Positions 45,471-58,634 of a stretch of 64,000 nt of DNA are shown one piece after another. Below the pieces are notes generated by a model. It did no database searches. It was given only the letters and a program-made list of their open reading frames with translations, and had not been told where the DNA came from. Every line of letters begins with the position of its first letter. The first letter of the stretch is position 1. The position numbers and the translations under genes are program-made. Source of the stretch: Lepidodermella squamata (lineage: Eukaryota; Animalia; Gastrotricha); the NCBI GenBank assembly GCA_047495785.1, contig JBLDXI010000033.1, forward strand, positions 1,550,001 to 1,614,000, written 5' to 3'.

Positions 45471-48400
45471 ATGAAAATGCGAAAGCGCTTGCCGAATCGG
45501 CTGCTTTTCACGTCGATTTTCCTCGCATTGACTGCGGTTACAAGAATATCTGCTGATGCTGCTGCTGGCCATGAAGATGTGCCTGGCTATTTGAAGCTGT
45601 CTGGCAACTGCCAGGGTGGCATGTTGAGAGAAGTCCCGAAGGCTATTTCAGCACCAGCGTGTGGAGCGCTGTGTGACAAAGACAGCAACAACTGCTTGGG
45701 ATTTTCGCACGACGGAGGCGATAAATGCTTCCTGAAGACTATTCCTGGCTGCTCAAGTCCAAGTCAAGGCTCAGCTTTTGTCTTCTACCAAAAAATCAGT
45801 AAGTTATAATCAACAAAATTCATTAAATTAATAAAAAAGTTAGAAAAATTAGAATAAAAACCAGAAAATTGCTGCAAAATTTTGAAATTCAAATAATTAA
45901 ATTAATAATTTTAATTAATTAATTAAATTTAGTTATAAAAAATTACTATTTTAATTATTCGGTTCTGACAATTTTGAAAAATTAATAACATGTCCCGCCA
46001 GCGATTAAATGCGAAAATTCTATTTTTAGTTGGCTCTCCAGCTCCAAGCCGAGAGGACCAAGCGGCGAAAGATGCTCACAGACGATCTTCAGCCCGTTTG
46101 ACTAGCGAAAACGGGCTCTACGAGAGCAGATTAGCCGGAGCCGCTGCATTGGATCCAATACTAGGTTCCCTTAAATCGGAACAACCCAGCGCCACTCCAA
46201 TACCAGCTGGTTACCAGCGCGTTGAAGGCAACTGCCCTGGCAATTCCCTACCTGTGCCTGTTGTTCAAGCCCTGCCGCTCAACAATTGCGCCCAGGAATG
46301 TGACCGGCAGAGCAACACCTGCGCCGGGTTTTCGTTGCGAGGCACAACTTGCGTGCTGAAAGCTGTCGACTGTACGAACCCGGAGCCGTCGGATTGGATA
46401 TTCTACCGGCGCCTGGCGTTTGCAATACCAGGTAATAGCAATGATGAAGTCGGGCCTGTGTCTTCGTATGAAAATACCTACCCATCTTCGGCGAAGGGTG
46501 ACTTCAAAATCGAAGAAATCCCACCCGGCCTTGTAGCCACCTTAGGCTCGTCCTTCCCTATCGAGCCGATGGCGTACTATCGGCGACTTGAAGGCGACTG
46601 CCCGGGCCCGGTCGTTGACGAGCTGACCGATAGCGAGTTGACGAAAGTCGACTGCGCCTCGGCGTGCCTCGCCAGCGACAAATGCGCCGGGTTTTCATGG
46701 GCGCTCAACGAGCCGCCGCGTAGGTGCCGCCTGCGCTACGCCGACTGCGACCAGCCGATTAGCAACGGCGTCTATGAATTCTATGCGAAAAGTATTTGAG
46801 TGTTGAGAAAAATTGCATCGCACGGTTTTTGTCATCATCATCTTCATCTCATGTTTTGGCCCTGGCATAGCAACTGATTAGCACGCCTTGTTTTCCACCT
46901 TTTCGCATTTTTTAAACTCATAGCTAGATACGCGTGTGAACTTTCAATCATCATGCTTTATCAAACAAATTCTCTAAAATTTTCTTTAATTTTTTCAGAC
47001 ACTCCATCGAAGCAGAGCGCCGAGTCGAATCGACAAACAAATGTGGCTACAGGTGAGAAATTGAAAAAATTACTTAAATATTTTTAGCGTTTTTAATTAA
47101 ATTTTGCTGATTTTATATTATGTAAAGATGATTTTGACGAGCTAGAAAAGAAAAATCAGACGTTGCTAGATTTGATTGATTCAACGTTGAAAGCTGCCAA
47201 ACGGGCGCTGCAGAGCACCGAGGGTGCCCAGACGCGGCGCCGCCGTTTCACAAAAAGGCGTACGTGAGATATAGGAAACGCATCCTTATCCTCAACCGGG
47301 ATTTTTTTCGCCTTGAATGATTGAATTTTACGAACCTACTCATCCTCTTCTTTGCCCGGTGTTTTATTATATTATACGAGGAAACTCTTTTAGTGCTTGC
47401 AAAAATACCGCTTTGGATAATTTATGAGATGCTTAATATAATCCCTTATTATCAAACCCTAAACGCCTCTAATTATGGGCTGATTTTTACCTGTAATTTT
47501 TCTTTTACCTTCCCAGGCGCGGCTCCAAGTTCGTACTTCAAGCCTTTAGTTGGCAATTGTCCTGGTTACGCGTTCATTTCATCGACCTACGACGATTTGG
47601 ACCAATGCGCTCAGTTTTGCCTTGACAACAAACAATGCGCTGGCTTTTCGTGGGATCCAACTGGGAAAAATTGTATTCTCAAGAAAACCGCCTGCGATGA
47701 TCCGAAAGTCACTGGGCCTTACTCCTTCTACAAGAAAAGTCAGTTTCAAAAATTGAAAAAAATTGTTTTGTTTATTTTTCGATTTGAGATTTTCGAGGCA
47801 ATAATTTGTAAATTTGGTGTGAAAATTTATAGCCGAATTTGAGGTTGAAATAACTGCTCAACCATCAGCATCTGAATCACTCAATACACCGTCGACGACA
47901 ATTGTTACTCCAACGATCGAGCTATCTACCTCAACGTTAGATAGCTCAACAACGACTGTAGGTAGCACGGTCGGGCTGTTTTCGACCACGTGGAAAGCGA
48001 TGAATGTGACCTCGCGCCGTGACCGGAAACGGCGAACTAGACGGAGAAAAATAAATCGTAGGGTCAGCTTGTTTCCAAGCACGGGTCGGTATAGGTTTAA
48101 ATACACGACGCTGGTCACCCCGCTTGGCAATACCAGTTCGACCTCGACTACAACGACTACCAGCACCACAACTCCGACTACAACAACCACTTCAACAACA
48201 ACTACATCGACCAGTACTACGACTACAACTACAACTACTACAACACCCACGACGACGACTAGTACGACTAGTACCACAACTACTACCCCAACCACAACAA
48301 CTACTACTACGACAACCCCGGTTCCAACAACAACAACGACATCAACATCCACATCTACAACAACTACAGCTACTACGACGACCCCAAGTACGACTAGCTC

Positions 48401-51400
48401 AACTACAACGTTACCCAGTACTCGAAAAATGATGACTGCGTCGAGGCGGAAGGCGAAAACAAAGCCTAGGGTGACTACAACGCCGTTCGCTTTATCGCTA
48501 GAGCCGATTTTATTCCTCGAGCCAGTCGAGCCGCAACTTGATGGCCAAACATCGAATATACTCATCCTAACGACAGAACATTTATTGACGACAACGACTC
48601 CGACGACGACTACGACAACCGTCGATCGAGATGATGAGATAAAGAGCTATTACTTCCGGTTAGCACGGGCGAGGTTTACAACGGCTTTGCCGTACGTCAC
48701 TACGCAGCCGCGACGGTCGAAGCGGCCGCCGGGCTACCTACAGCCGTCCTACCTCGGCCTGACGACCATCAACGAGCGCGATATCCTGCTTGCCGGTACC
48801 GGTTGTAGATTCCGTAGTCGCAATTTAACTCTTTCCGTTGCGTGTTGCAAAACACGGTCACTCCCTCCATTAGTTGACCAAACTTTTTCATTTCTATAAC
48901 AGGTTTTTACCGCTTTGGTTCATATATTTTTTTGTATTTCGGACGAAATTTCGGGTTTTATTTGGTTACTTTCACTTTTAGACCCTATTTTGGTTTATTA
49001 TTTCATTATAGCTCGATATTCTTTTAACCGATTTTTTGTATTTTTTCAGCATCGCAGCCTAGTACTGTGGATCCAGCCGAGGAGTTTCCAGCTGCTGCGC
49101 CCAACAATCCACCCCCTCAGCCACCAGTCCCGCCCCCAACAACGACGGCACCACCTCGTGTCGCCACTCAGTCATCTTCCCTACCCGAGATTTTCTTCGG
49201 CCGGTCTAACACGAAACAACTGGTTGACGAAGGTATTTTCTCATTTCATTACATTATTAAGGCGGAATTTTTTAATTTGTCTGCCCGCATTTTTTTGTTA
49301 CTATAATTAACTACTGAAAAAGAAGAGTCAAACCAGAGTAGGCCGCAATTTGTGCAGGTGGAGGGCAATTGTCCGCTGAATACTTACAGCGTGTTGCCGG
49401 CTGCTTCTTTGCTACTGTGTGCGCTAACGTGCATTATTGAAGGCTCTGCTTGTGCCGCTTTTTCATGGTACCAGGCGTGCTCGGCGTCGACGTCGTGCGC
49501 CAGCCAGCGCTTGTGCCTCCTTAAATCCGCCGTATGCGTCAACCCGGTCGAAGATGACCGGCTCAGCTTCTACGTCAAAGTTTTCCGCGATGAAAACGGC
49601 ACGCTTGTCGTACCGCCGCTAGCCAACAACAACAGGCTGCGGCGAACGCAAATTATCGGCCGCGGTCGCCATTTAGCGTTATGGGACCCACTGGGTCAAT
49701 TGTGTAAGTGCACAATTTGCGCGCGTTTATTTTAATTTTTAATTTTAATTGAATTAATTAATCAAAATCAAAAATAAATTTAAATTCAATTAAAAAATTA
49801 AAAATTAAAAATAAATTTAAATTCAATTAAAAAATTAAAAATATAATTTACATTAATTAATTAAATTATTTTATTTATTAATTTATTAATTATTTGATAA
49901 ATTACTAATATTTTTCTTATCATTTTTCCACCTTATTTGGCCCCTCCCCTATCACCCTGACCCATTCGATAGAACCACCCAAGGCGACTTTGAGTGATGG
50001 GAAAGTGCCTCGAGAAGCCATTGCCGATACGCCGAGTCCTGTTGTCGGCAATTATTTCACTCGGCTGAACGGAGACTGCGTAACTACTGGAACCGCGGCT
50101 AGGAATTCATTCCTACTCCGAACAGCCGTCGATTTGAACTCATGCGCCCAGGAGTGCATGAGGCGCGCTTTGTGCGCCGGTTTTACGCACAACCCATCGA
50201 GTTGGGACTGTTTGCTCAAAGTTTCGGCATGTGCAACGCCCCAGGCTAATGGGCTATATGTTTTCTATCAAAAAATTACATCCGTCCAAACTTGGCCGCC
50301 TATTTTTGCCACATCGCCTTTATCTACTGCGATGGCTATGACGGCGAATAATAACGTGCAGACAAGTTTGCCATTCGTCGCCCAAACTTCATCATCTTCA
50401 ACTCAAGCGAATAAAGGCAAGAAGAAATCATCGTGAAAAAACCTTACAGTGGCTGTCATCTTCTCCCTATGTCATTACACCTCAACCCCAATCATAGAAT
50501 TTTAATGTTGTTACCTTGCTTAAAAACATCCTTGGTTTATTTGTTTATTATTATTTTTTTTAATCGCTCTTCTGTTGCATTTTTTACCTTTGTTGGTGCA
50601 GTGGATACGACGACGAAACCTCCAAGGAAAATACCCGTTAAATTTTTGCCCAAAGCTGGCAAACAGCTGTTAAACCAGCTGGAATCGCGACTTGACCTCG
50701 GGAAAGGTGTGACTATAAGCATGGGATTTTGATTTGCGGAGATTAAACCTCTAGACCCCAGGATTTTCTATAAAATAGAAATTTTAGTGAAAAATACTTC
50801 CTTAGAACAGTTTGGAAGCGTGCCTCTTTCCCTCAGGTTTTTATGTTGTCATCTGTTTTTTTGTTAATTTTTACCTTTATCAAACGGTTTGGGAACGCTG
50901 GACTTTCGATAACAGTAGCGTTATTTTATACTAAAAATTCAACTTTATTTTACAGTAACAACCCCAAGTTCAACGGCAGCTGTAACTACCACTACGGCTC
51001 AGGCTGTTCCAACAACTCCCGTTAGCAATGGGTCGATACTGGTTCCAGTGGACAACAACGTTTATCCAGGTAAAACAGCCCTAATTAAATGTTATTTTTT
51101 TTTATGAAATTTTTCGTTTTAAGTAATTTCCAAGTTCGCGATGCTCAATGGTAATTGCCCGGGCGGGTCTTTGTGCCCAGCTCTGAGCATCAACCCAACG
51201 AAATGCTCCGAAAACTGTCTATCAGCCGGAACGCTATGCCTTGGTTTTACTTACGACTTCGTCAACGGCCGGTGCCACCTTAAAAACGCGACTTGCGGCG
51301 AGGTCGCAATCACCCTGGGTGCGCGTTTCTACACCAAAGTTGACCCGGGCGCCGTGCCCAGCCAAACTGTACCGATCAGCTCGATTTGTTATCCATCACA

Positions 51401-51512
51401 AACAGCAGTGTCTGAACAGCAAAGTAACAGGAACAACGGCAATCACGTGGCACCATCGACTTATGTATTAGCGATTATCCTGGCTTTTTCATCAGTATTG
51501 ATTGATAGATAA
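45471..51512 (+). CDS. Multi-PAN/apple (about 7 domains) mucin-like, probably GPI-anchored protein (multi-exon)
   Basis: Signal peptide; PAN exons at about 45580, 46200, 46570, 47520, 49350, 50050 and 51140; Thr-rich exon about 47870-48800; C-terminal hydrophobic YVLAIILAFSSVLIDR*. Could be more than one gene or isoform. Confidence 0.7.
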
Positions 51513-52419
51513 TATCGTTTACTCGCAAATCGAATCTAATCACACTTGTTTTTTTATAAAATGATACCTTTTTATTATTCAGTTTAACGAGAAACAAATC
51601 ACGCAGTAATAAGCGCGAATAAAAACTTAACAAAACTCTCGCCCCATGTTTTGCTTTCAAATAGAAGAAAAAAATTAACAATTGCGCCTCATAAATTCAA
51701 ATTTATCTTTGAAAAAATCACGATTTTTTGAAAAATGATGTAAATATTATTGCTCGTGTTGTGTTTTTTTATACAAATTCTATCAATTTATGATGAATAT
51801 ATATGCAAATGTATGACAAGTGGCACTGGTTGACAAGTTATTTGATCTCTCGACAACTCTGACAGCATTAAAGCTTGAAATACTTTTAAAATTGAAATGC
51901 TATAATTATATAAATTGCTCCGGCATGAAAGGAAAAAATCATGGAAATCTGCTCTGAATATGTTTCTTCGTTGTCGCCTGTTCTCTTTCGCTAACTCCTG
52001 TAGGTAATTTTTCTTTGTTGTTGTCCGCTAATCGATTCATGTACGAAAATGCTCACCGGTGAAAATGCAACAGAATTATTACAGTAAATTTTAAAAATTC
52101 CCCAAAAAACAGGATTTTCTGGAATCTTTCTCTTCGCGCGAGCTATAACACTTTTTCTGTGCCTTGGTATAATTACCTACAGATAACAATAGCCATCTCA
52201 AGATCCCCTAAATTTCGGCTATGTGACCTTATAAAAATACATGATGTGTAAAATATTTCTACCAGTTAAATTTATACGATGATAATAGATGAAAAATCGT
52301 GAACATGTTTGAATAATCTAAAGTTATATAGAATTTATGAAAAGATGCATTGTTTTGAAGTAAAAAGTTGACATTTGAATCTCGTTTTGCCCTCTATTTT
52401 TACCTCTGGAACCGATAAT

Positions 52420-52594
52420 ATGTTTGAGATATTTTGCATGCTTTAGATGCTTGCTGACTCAACCGAGGCGGTTCTGGACCTGGGAGTTGGTTGGCACCGC
52501 AGATAATCTTCACTGCTTTATCTTGTGTCGACTGAAGTCTGCCAAGCTTGGTTGGCACATTTGAAGAAATAAAACCTACAAACCTCGCAGGCAA
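52420..52594 (-). mobile_element. Short LINE RT remnant
   Basis: KLGRLQSTQDKAVKIICG resembles the LINE C-terminal L..LQ..Q..A.RII motif; weak. Confidence 0.3.
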
Positions 52595-53002
52595 ATGAAA
52601 AAACTAAAGCCTGTCATCCAAAGCATCTTGTGCAGGGCTCTTCTGCCGGGAAATTTGCCGGAAAATGACTTTTTTCATCATATTTAGGGTATTTGTATCA
52701 TTTTATAGCTAGCCCAGTTGGAATATGGACTTTTTAGAGCACAATGGGGCTCAAAACTTGCATGGTTGTAGCATAAAATCGCGTTTTTCTGAGGGGCAAA
52801 CTCGCCTTTTTAATTTTGCGATTTTGTGTTCAACCAGGATCACTTATCGTTTCAACGCCATTATTAGAGCTTGGCCTTTTTACTTAAAAAAATGAAAAAT
52901 CGAAATGGTGCTAAGCACTTGAAGGATCACTTCGATGACAAAATTTTTCTGGTCATTGTTTAAGTCAGTTCGAGCGAACGCTTGTATGATTAACCGCACA
53001 GG

Positions 53003-53692
53003 TTAAAAATTGCGATTCTGCGCCGCAACGGGGCCACTTGCAGGTCCAGGACGGCGCTTGCTGCCTGCAAAGGTTGAATCGCTCTTCGGACCTGAGCTTC
53101 CAGAGTTTCCCCTGGGACCAGAGCTTCCAGAAACTCCAGAAAAGCGCTTTGTGGCCGCCATCGTTGAGTTTCCCCTGGGACCAGAGCTTCCAGAAACTCC
53201 AGAAAAGCGCTTTGTGGCCGCCATCGTTGAGTTTCCCCTGGGACCAGAGCTTCCAGAAACTCCAGAAAAGCGCTTTGTGGCCGCCATCGTTGAGTTTCCC
53301 CTGGGACCAGAGCTTCCAGAAACTCCAGAAAAGCGCTTTGTGGCCGCCATCGTTGAGTTTCCCCTGGGACCGGAGCTGCCAGAGATTCCAGAAAAGCGCT
53401 TTGTGGCCGCCATCGTTGAGTTTCCTCTAGGACCTGAGCTTCCAGAAACACCAGATAGTCGCTTTGTGGCCGCCATCATTGAGTTTACTCTCGGACCAGA
53501 GCTTCCAGAGATTCCAGAAAAGGGTTGCTTTCCGGTTACGCCATTGGTACCTGCGTTGACGCTTATTGGACCTGTTTCACCTCTTCGCTTATCATCATTG
53601 AATGGGCTTTTTTGAGATGGGTACGACTCTACAACAATAAGGATTGCCCATAGAATGGTTAAAAGAGTCACTGAAGACCTAATGTTTCTCAT
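53003..53692 (-). CDS. Secreted multi-copy propeptide with KR-delimited 21-aa repeats
   Basis: Signal MRNIRSSVTLLTILWAILIVVES; about 7 copies of (F/L)SG(V/I)SGSSGPRGNSTMAATKR encoded by a 63-bp tandem repeat; KRR sites flank the array. Confidence 0.75.
   Translation of the reverse strand: MRNIRSSVTLLTILWAILIVVESYPSQKSPFNDDKRRGETGPISVNAGTNGVTGKQPFSGISGSSGPRVNSMMAATKRLSGVSGSSGPRGNSTMAATKRFSGISGSSGPRGNSTMAATKRFSGVSGSSGPRGNSTMAATKRFSGVSGSSGPRGNSTMAATKRFSGVSGSSGPRGNSTMAATKRFSGVSGSSGPRGNSGSSGPKSDSTFAGSKRRPGPASGPVAAQNRNF
53090..53525. repeat. 63-bp coding tandem repeat, about 7 units
   Basis: gagtttcccctgggaccagagcttccagaaactccagaaaagcgctttgtggccgccatcgtt recurs with period 63. Confidence 0.95.
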
Positions 53693-54533
53693 ACTTGGGA
53701 AGTTTCTCAGCCTATACGTCAATGTTGAAGAATATTCTGGTGAATCCAACAACTTTCAAAGCTTTATCGCTTCATTTTATACCCTCATTTTCGGGCAAGT
53801 AAACAACTCGGCGTGGTTTAATGATGCTACCCTTGATTTTTTACCCTTCTTCTTGCTTCATTATTATTTCCTTTCTTGCCAAGGGATTAGACATTTGCGG
53901 CTTGCGGTGGCTTCACCCCAGTCGCAAGCCACAGGCTCCTTAGTTTTATCCCCCTGTATAATAGCTTCTCTCATTTGCGCAACTCAGCCTCAAAATTCTA
54001 AACAAAGTGCCTTGGCGCCCTCAAACATTTGCCAACGTTTTTTCGTGTTATTTCTGGTGTAGCGATTAAGTCGTCACTAGAAAAAATGACGTAGAAATTG
54101 CAGTGGAATTGCATGTACGTGCTTCACCTTTTAGCATAAACAACCCAAAACTATGTCAAATTGACAATGTTTGACATTGTTAAAACTCGACAATAAATGA
54201 AAGGCGGAGAAATTAATGTAATGTTCGAGGTTCAAGCTGTCGATGTTATAGCATCCAGAAGTGCTGCTGTCTTCCGTCAGCACTTCAAGCCCTCTTTAAC
54301 TTGCTCTTGTTGAAACGGATCTCTCTGGGGTCCTTCTTTTTGCCCGCGTCGAAGCGATCAAAGACGTGTTCAATTCTGGCGAACGCTCCATGGCTTGAGG
54401 TGGCCGACTACCTTAAATTCGTCGAAACACTACAGCCTATTCTAGCGAAACGCGAAACTAGCGAAACGCGGTGCTGGAGAAGAAATTGCCTGTCTGGCTA
54501 TTAGGTAATGTTGCGAATGAATCCTCCCGGGAA

Positions 54534-54767
54534 TTATTTCCAGTTCAGCATGCCGGCACCGTCGGCTCCAGTGAAACTGTCCATGCGGAGCCTACGAGCT
54601 GCCTGGTTAAAAATCTGAATCAGATCGCTTTCACCTGCGTTGAAAATTATTGAGCCACTTTCACCTTGCTGCTTGTCTGAAAAGAAGCGAATGTCATTTG
54701 ATTCGACAATTGCCAACATAACCGATAGGAGGGTGATAGATATCGTGGATGCCGAGGTTTGCTTCAT
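54534..54767 (-). CDS. Short secreted paralogue of the repeat propeptide (possibly truncated or a pseudogene)
   Basis: Signal peptide ending IVES, then DKQQGESGSIIFNAG matching DKRRGETGPISVNAG. Confidence 0.55.
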   Translation of the reverse strand: MKQTSASTISITLLSVMLAIVESNDIRFFSDKQQGESGSIIFNAGESDLIQIFNQAARRLRMDSFTGADGAGMLNWK

Positions 54768-55188
54768 TGTTTGGTAGAATGGTGATTTGGAGCTAAAGCT
54801 CTTCTCGCAACTTCAACGAATTCAGATGGCGACGCTATCGATGTATATAAAACTTATTATTAACGTTTACCTTGTGATCAGATGTGGTTGCACTATTATT
54901 GCGTTTTTGGCATGGGAATGACAGTTGCGGCTGCAGCCGCCGCTCTGTTCCCCCTGTTTCACTGTCACTGAAATCTTCACCCATTTCACTTTCCGGTTTG
55001 TAGCAATGTAATACGTCACATGAGATATTTATGTCGCACTCAAAATGTACATAGCTTATCATCGTAGTATGATGAATAATGCCGTGAAAATGTTTGGGCG
55101 TGACCGAGCGGCAAGATTTGTATCATTTTTCATGAAAAAAGGTGCCAAGTCGAGCTCGCGATTTTCATTTACCGCTTTATCTGGTGAA

Positions 55189-55788
55189 ATGGCAGAAAAT
55201 GTTACTGTATTTTCGTGTTCAGTCTGTGGTAAGACTTATGAACACAAGTCTCACTTGGCTGCTCACAAGAGGACACATCGTCGTCGGCGCGTCAAAATCC
55301 CACTCGCGATCCTGAACTTCATTCGCGAAATTCTTGCTTATAATAATTCCGAATTGAATAAAGAATATTCAGAAATGATTAAAATAAAATAAAGAAATTT
55401 TTAAATATATGTTTTTTCATTTAATTGACCTTCACATTATTTTCGCGGGGTTTGCAGCCTGTGGTAAAATGGTGGTAAAATGAACAGGTTCGGAACTTTG
55501 ACGATTCAATTTTTCGAATTCTAGTTCACCTAGATGATTGAATATCCGGAAATATAATTATGTAATTTTTACAGCTGCACCATATGCCATCGGCAGGTGA
55601 GTGGCAACTTGAAGCGACACATGCTTGAACATTCCGCAGAAGACCGGTACCAATGTGTCGATTGCGGCGCTAAATTTGAAAGATTTTCCCGTCTGCAGCT
55701 GCATGCTATCAGCTCAGGCCACCGGCTAGATGGGCGAAGGTCGAATTTGAAAGACATCGAAAATCAGCCCGCGATGAATCAGATGTAG
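55189..55788 (+). pseudogene. Degenerate duplicate of the KLF-like three-finger array
   Basis: CSVCGKTYEHKSHLAAHKRTH / CTICHRQVSGNLKRHMLEH..YQCVDCGAKFERFSRLQLHAISSGHRL parallels the 56.9-kb gene. The TGEKP linker and a clear splice donor are missing. Confidence 0.55.
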
Positions 55789-56915
55789 CCACAATTACTC
55801 CGAATGATCCCAGTGAATAATGAATAGCTTCGTTGATTCTCACCGCTTATCAGTGCTGTAACTGTCCGAAAAAGTTTGGGCGTGGCCTATTATCTTGACC
55901 AATGATTATCTTGTCATTTAAAAACAAATAAAAAGTAAGAAATCCAGAAAGTAAATCGGACTTCTTTGTTACAACTGAAAGGGGAAAATATTGGCAGCTT
56001 ATAGGCTCGGATTTCACATAGGGTGTTCAATTGAAATCAAACCGAATTTTTGAATTCGAAATTCAAATGGGCGCGTAAATTGAACTGTTAAAAAAATAGG
56101 GAGGTGATGATGTAGAAGAACCTTGAACCTTGCGGTAGATTCATGGTTAGTTTTGAATACTAGCTCGGGCTTAAACATTTTCAATCCCGCATTGATTGAA
56201 ACTAAAGCAGATAATCAAGCGAAGTTGATTGATTTTCACAAAGTGAGGTATTGTCTGTCTCTATCGAAAATGAAAAACTACAATGTACAATTGGAAAACC
56301 GCAACAACAGTTTTACCCATCTTCCACCAGCTGCATCCATATCGGCTCATCGTCATCTTGTTCATCGTTGAAATAAGTTCCTCGAAATATTCAGAAAAGC
56401 AGCCGATGGTTCCGCCTAAAATTCGGCTATTAGCCCTCAGACCGCAGACTATTATTCAGAATGGGCGTATCGGTCAGGAATATCGGTCACTCGGTCACTA
56501 TTTGAAAGAGCAATAATCAGGGTATTGTCCTGTAATCGGGCTCGCTATAATTAGCGAATGGAATACTATTCCAGCAGTTACGATATCATTGAGCTTATCA
56601 GCCACAAGTGACGGTCGCCAAAAAAGTTATGGGCGTAACCAAAGCACTAAGAATTTAATCATCATTTTTTTAGAGATAAAACGTTAAACAATTTATACGA
56701 AAAGGCTCCTTTTATCGTTCTGAGTATCGGTGCGCAACTTATCGCAGCCGAGTCGACACGCACAATCGGCAGGTACAAAAGCGACGAAAACATCTTGCTC
56801 AGGCAAGTTTATTCGCTAACACGCCTTTAATACAGCAAAAGGGGGTTTCCGAGTCGCACACCCTTTTTCACGCGCGGTCCCTCCCTCTTTTTCCGATATA
56901 TTGCGAGAGAAATAA

Positions 56916-58574
56916 ATGAACTTCTCGAGCGGCGGTAGCAGTGGCCTGCCCGCCTCGTTTTACGCTTCACCGCAATCAGGCGTGCCGTTTTACGCCTCGC
57001 CCACCGTTACGCCTTTCGTCAACTGGCCGGCGGGCGCGTTCAGTGGCAGCAATAACAACAACAGCGCTAACAACAACAACGCATACTTCACAACAACCCC
57101 GCCTTGGATAACAGCAGCGAATGCTGGGTGTTTCGACACACCCTTCGGTACAAGTTCGTTCAATGACAAGCATGGTGAAGAGTTACGGCGAATGATAGAA
57201 GATGCGAAGCAAAGAGTTGGTACTCTAACTTCGGCTTTTTCCTGCCCGAGTCAAACAGCGAGTCAAAGTGCGGGCGAACTGCGGTTGAATCTATCGAACC
57301 CAGCTGGTCTAACGAGCCCAGGACTTCCCAGCCTCAACCTCGACTTCACGCCTGAACGAGTCAAGTTCGCTCAGACGCCGAACCAACAGCAGCAGATTAC
57401 CTACCTCCAAATCGGGACAACGACAAGTTTCAGCACGATTCCATCCGGAAGTTCGGGTAATCCGAATGAAACACCGTCAGCATTGTCGCCGACTATAAGG
57501 ATCGACCAAAACGCCCTTCTTCTCGCTGCACTGAAAAACGAAATTGCAGACGATGTGAGCAGCGATGATTCTAAGATGAAAACTGAAAATACATCGGTGG
57601 AACTCGAGCAAAAAGTCAGGAAATCAGGAAGTAGCACTTCAACTGCTGATATGGGAAATACAGGCATGACACTACTGTCCTGTTCAGATTGCGGCAAGAA
57701 ATACAAGAAAAACTCCCACTTGACCGCTCACAAGAGGACGCACACTGGTGAAAAGCCATACAGGTAATTAAAAAATTATTAAAATAATTAGTAAATTAGT
57801 AAATTATCCAATTCGAAATTTTAATGTGAAATTTCGAAATTTAATCTTAATTTCGAAATGAAATTTGAAATTCGGTATTGAAAAAAATGAAATTTAAGCT
57901 ATAAAATTTAATATGAAATCAAACATTTTTACGGTCTTTATTAAGGTGGCCTGACTAAAATTATGATTTTTTAACCCTACAGCTGTTCGTTTTGCAACTG
58001 GTCCTTCGTCAGAAGTGACGAACTTAAGCGGCACATGCGCATTCATTCTGGCGACAAGCCGTACCAATGCGTTGATTGCGGCAAAACTTTCGGCAGATCT
58101 GATCATCTTCTGCTACATGTACGCCGCCTAGGGCACCGGCTGGAGTCATCAGATGCCGAAACTGTAGCCAGCGGCGATGCTAGCACTAAATCGAATCGAC
58201 GCCGCGCTGGCAAGCGTTTACTCGCTAAAAATGCATCCGCCTCAACATCGATGAACGTCAAGAAAAGTGACAGTGATAATAATTCGAACGCAGATACACC
58301 CGTGCCTGTGTCGTTGAAAAAGCTAGCTATGAGCAAAACGATGCCGAAAAGTGTAGTAGCTCCACCTGTTGTTATGGTGCCACCATTCTACCAACAGGAG
58401 CCTTGGAGCCAAAAGTTCATGCAAACAGGAGAAATGAGCTTAATTTTGCATAACCCGATAATGGATAATCAAAGTAATAATAGCAATTTACCTCTTCAAG
58501 GTGCCCAGGTGGCGCCTGTTAATCAGCTATCGACTTATAACAATTACCCTGCTGCTACTCATATACAGCTTTGA
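56916..58574 (+). CDS. KLF/Sp-like C2H2 zinc-finger transcription factor (two exons)
   Basis: Low-complexity N-terminus; CSDCGKKYKKNSHLTAHKRTHTGEKPY|SCSFCNWSFVRSDELKRHMRIHSGDKPYQCVDCGKTFGRSDHLLLH carries KLF recognition residues; intron about 57764-57981. Confidence 0.85.
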
Positions 58575-58634
58575 ATATATTCAAATTATTCGCAATTTTT
58601 TATATGAATAAAATAATTTTAATTTATTGGAAGA

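Noticed and set aside
47858-48565. Val-rich minus-strand ORF resembling a membrane protein
   Set aside because: Antisense shadow of the Thr-rich mucin exon.
53090-53525. CRISPR-like array, or genes on the alternative frames (52990-53451, 53010-53615)
   Set aside because: No unique spacers; eukaryotic context; only the minus frame with a signal peptide and KR sites is coherent.
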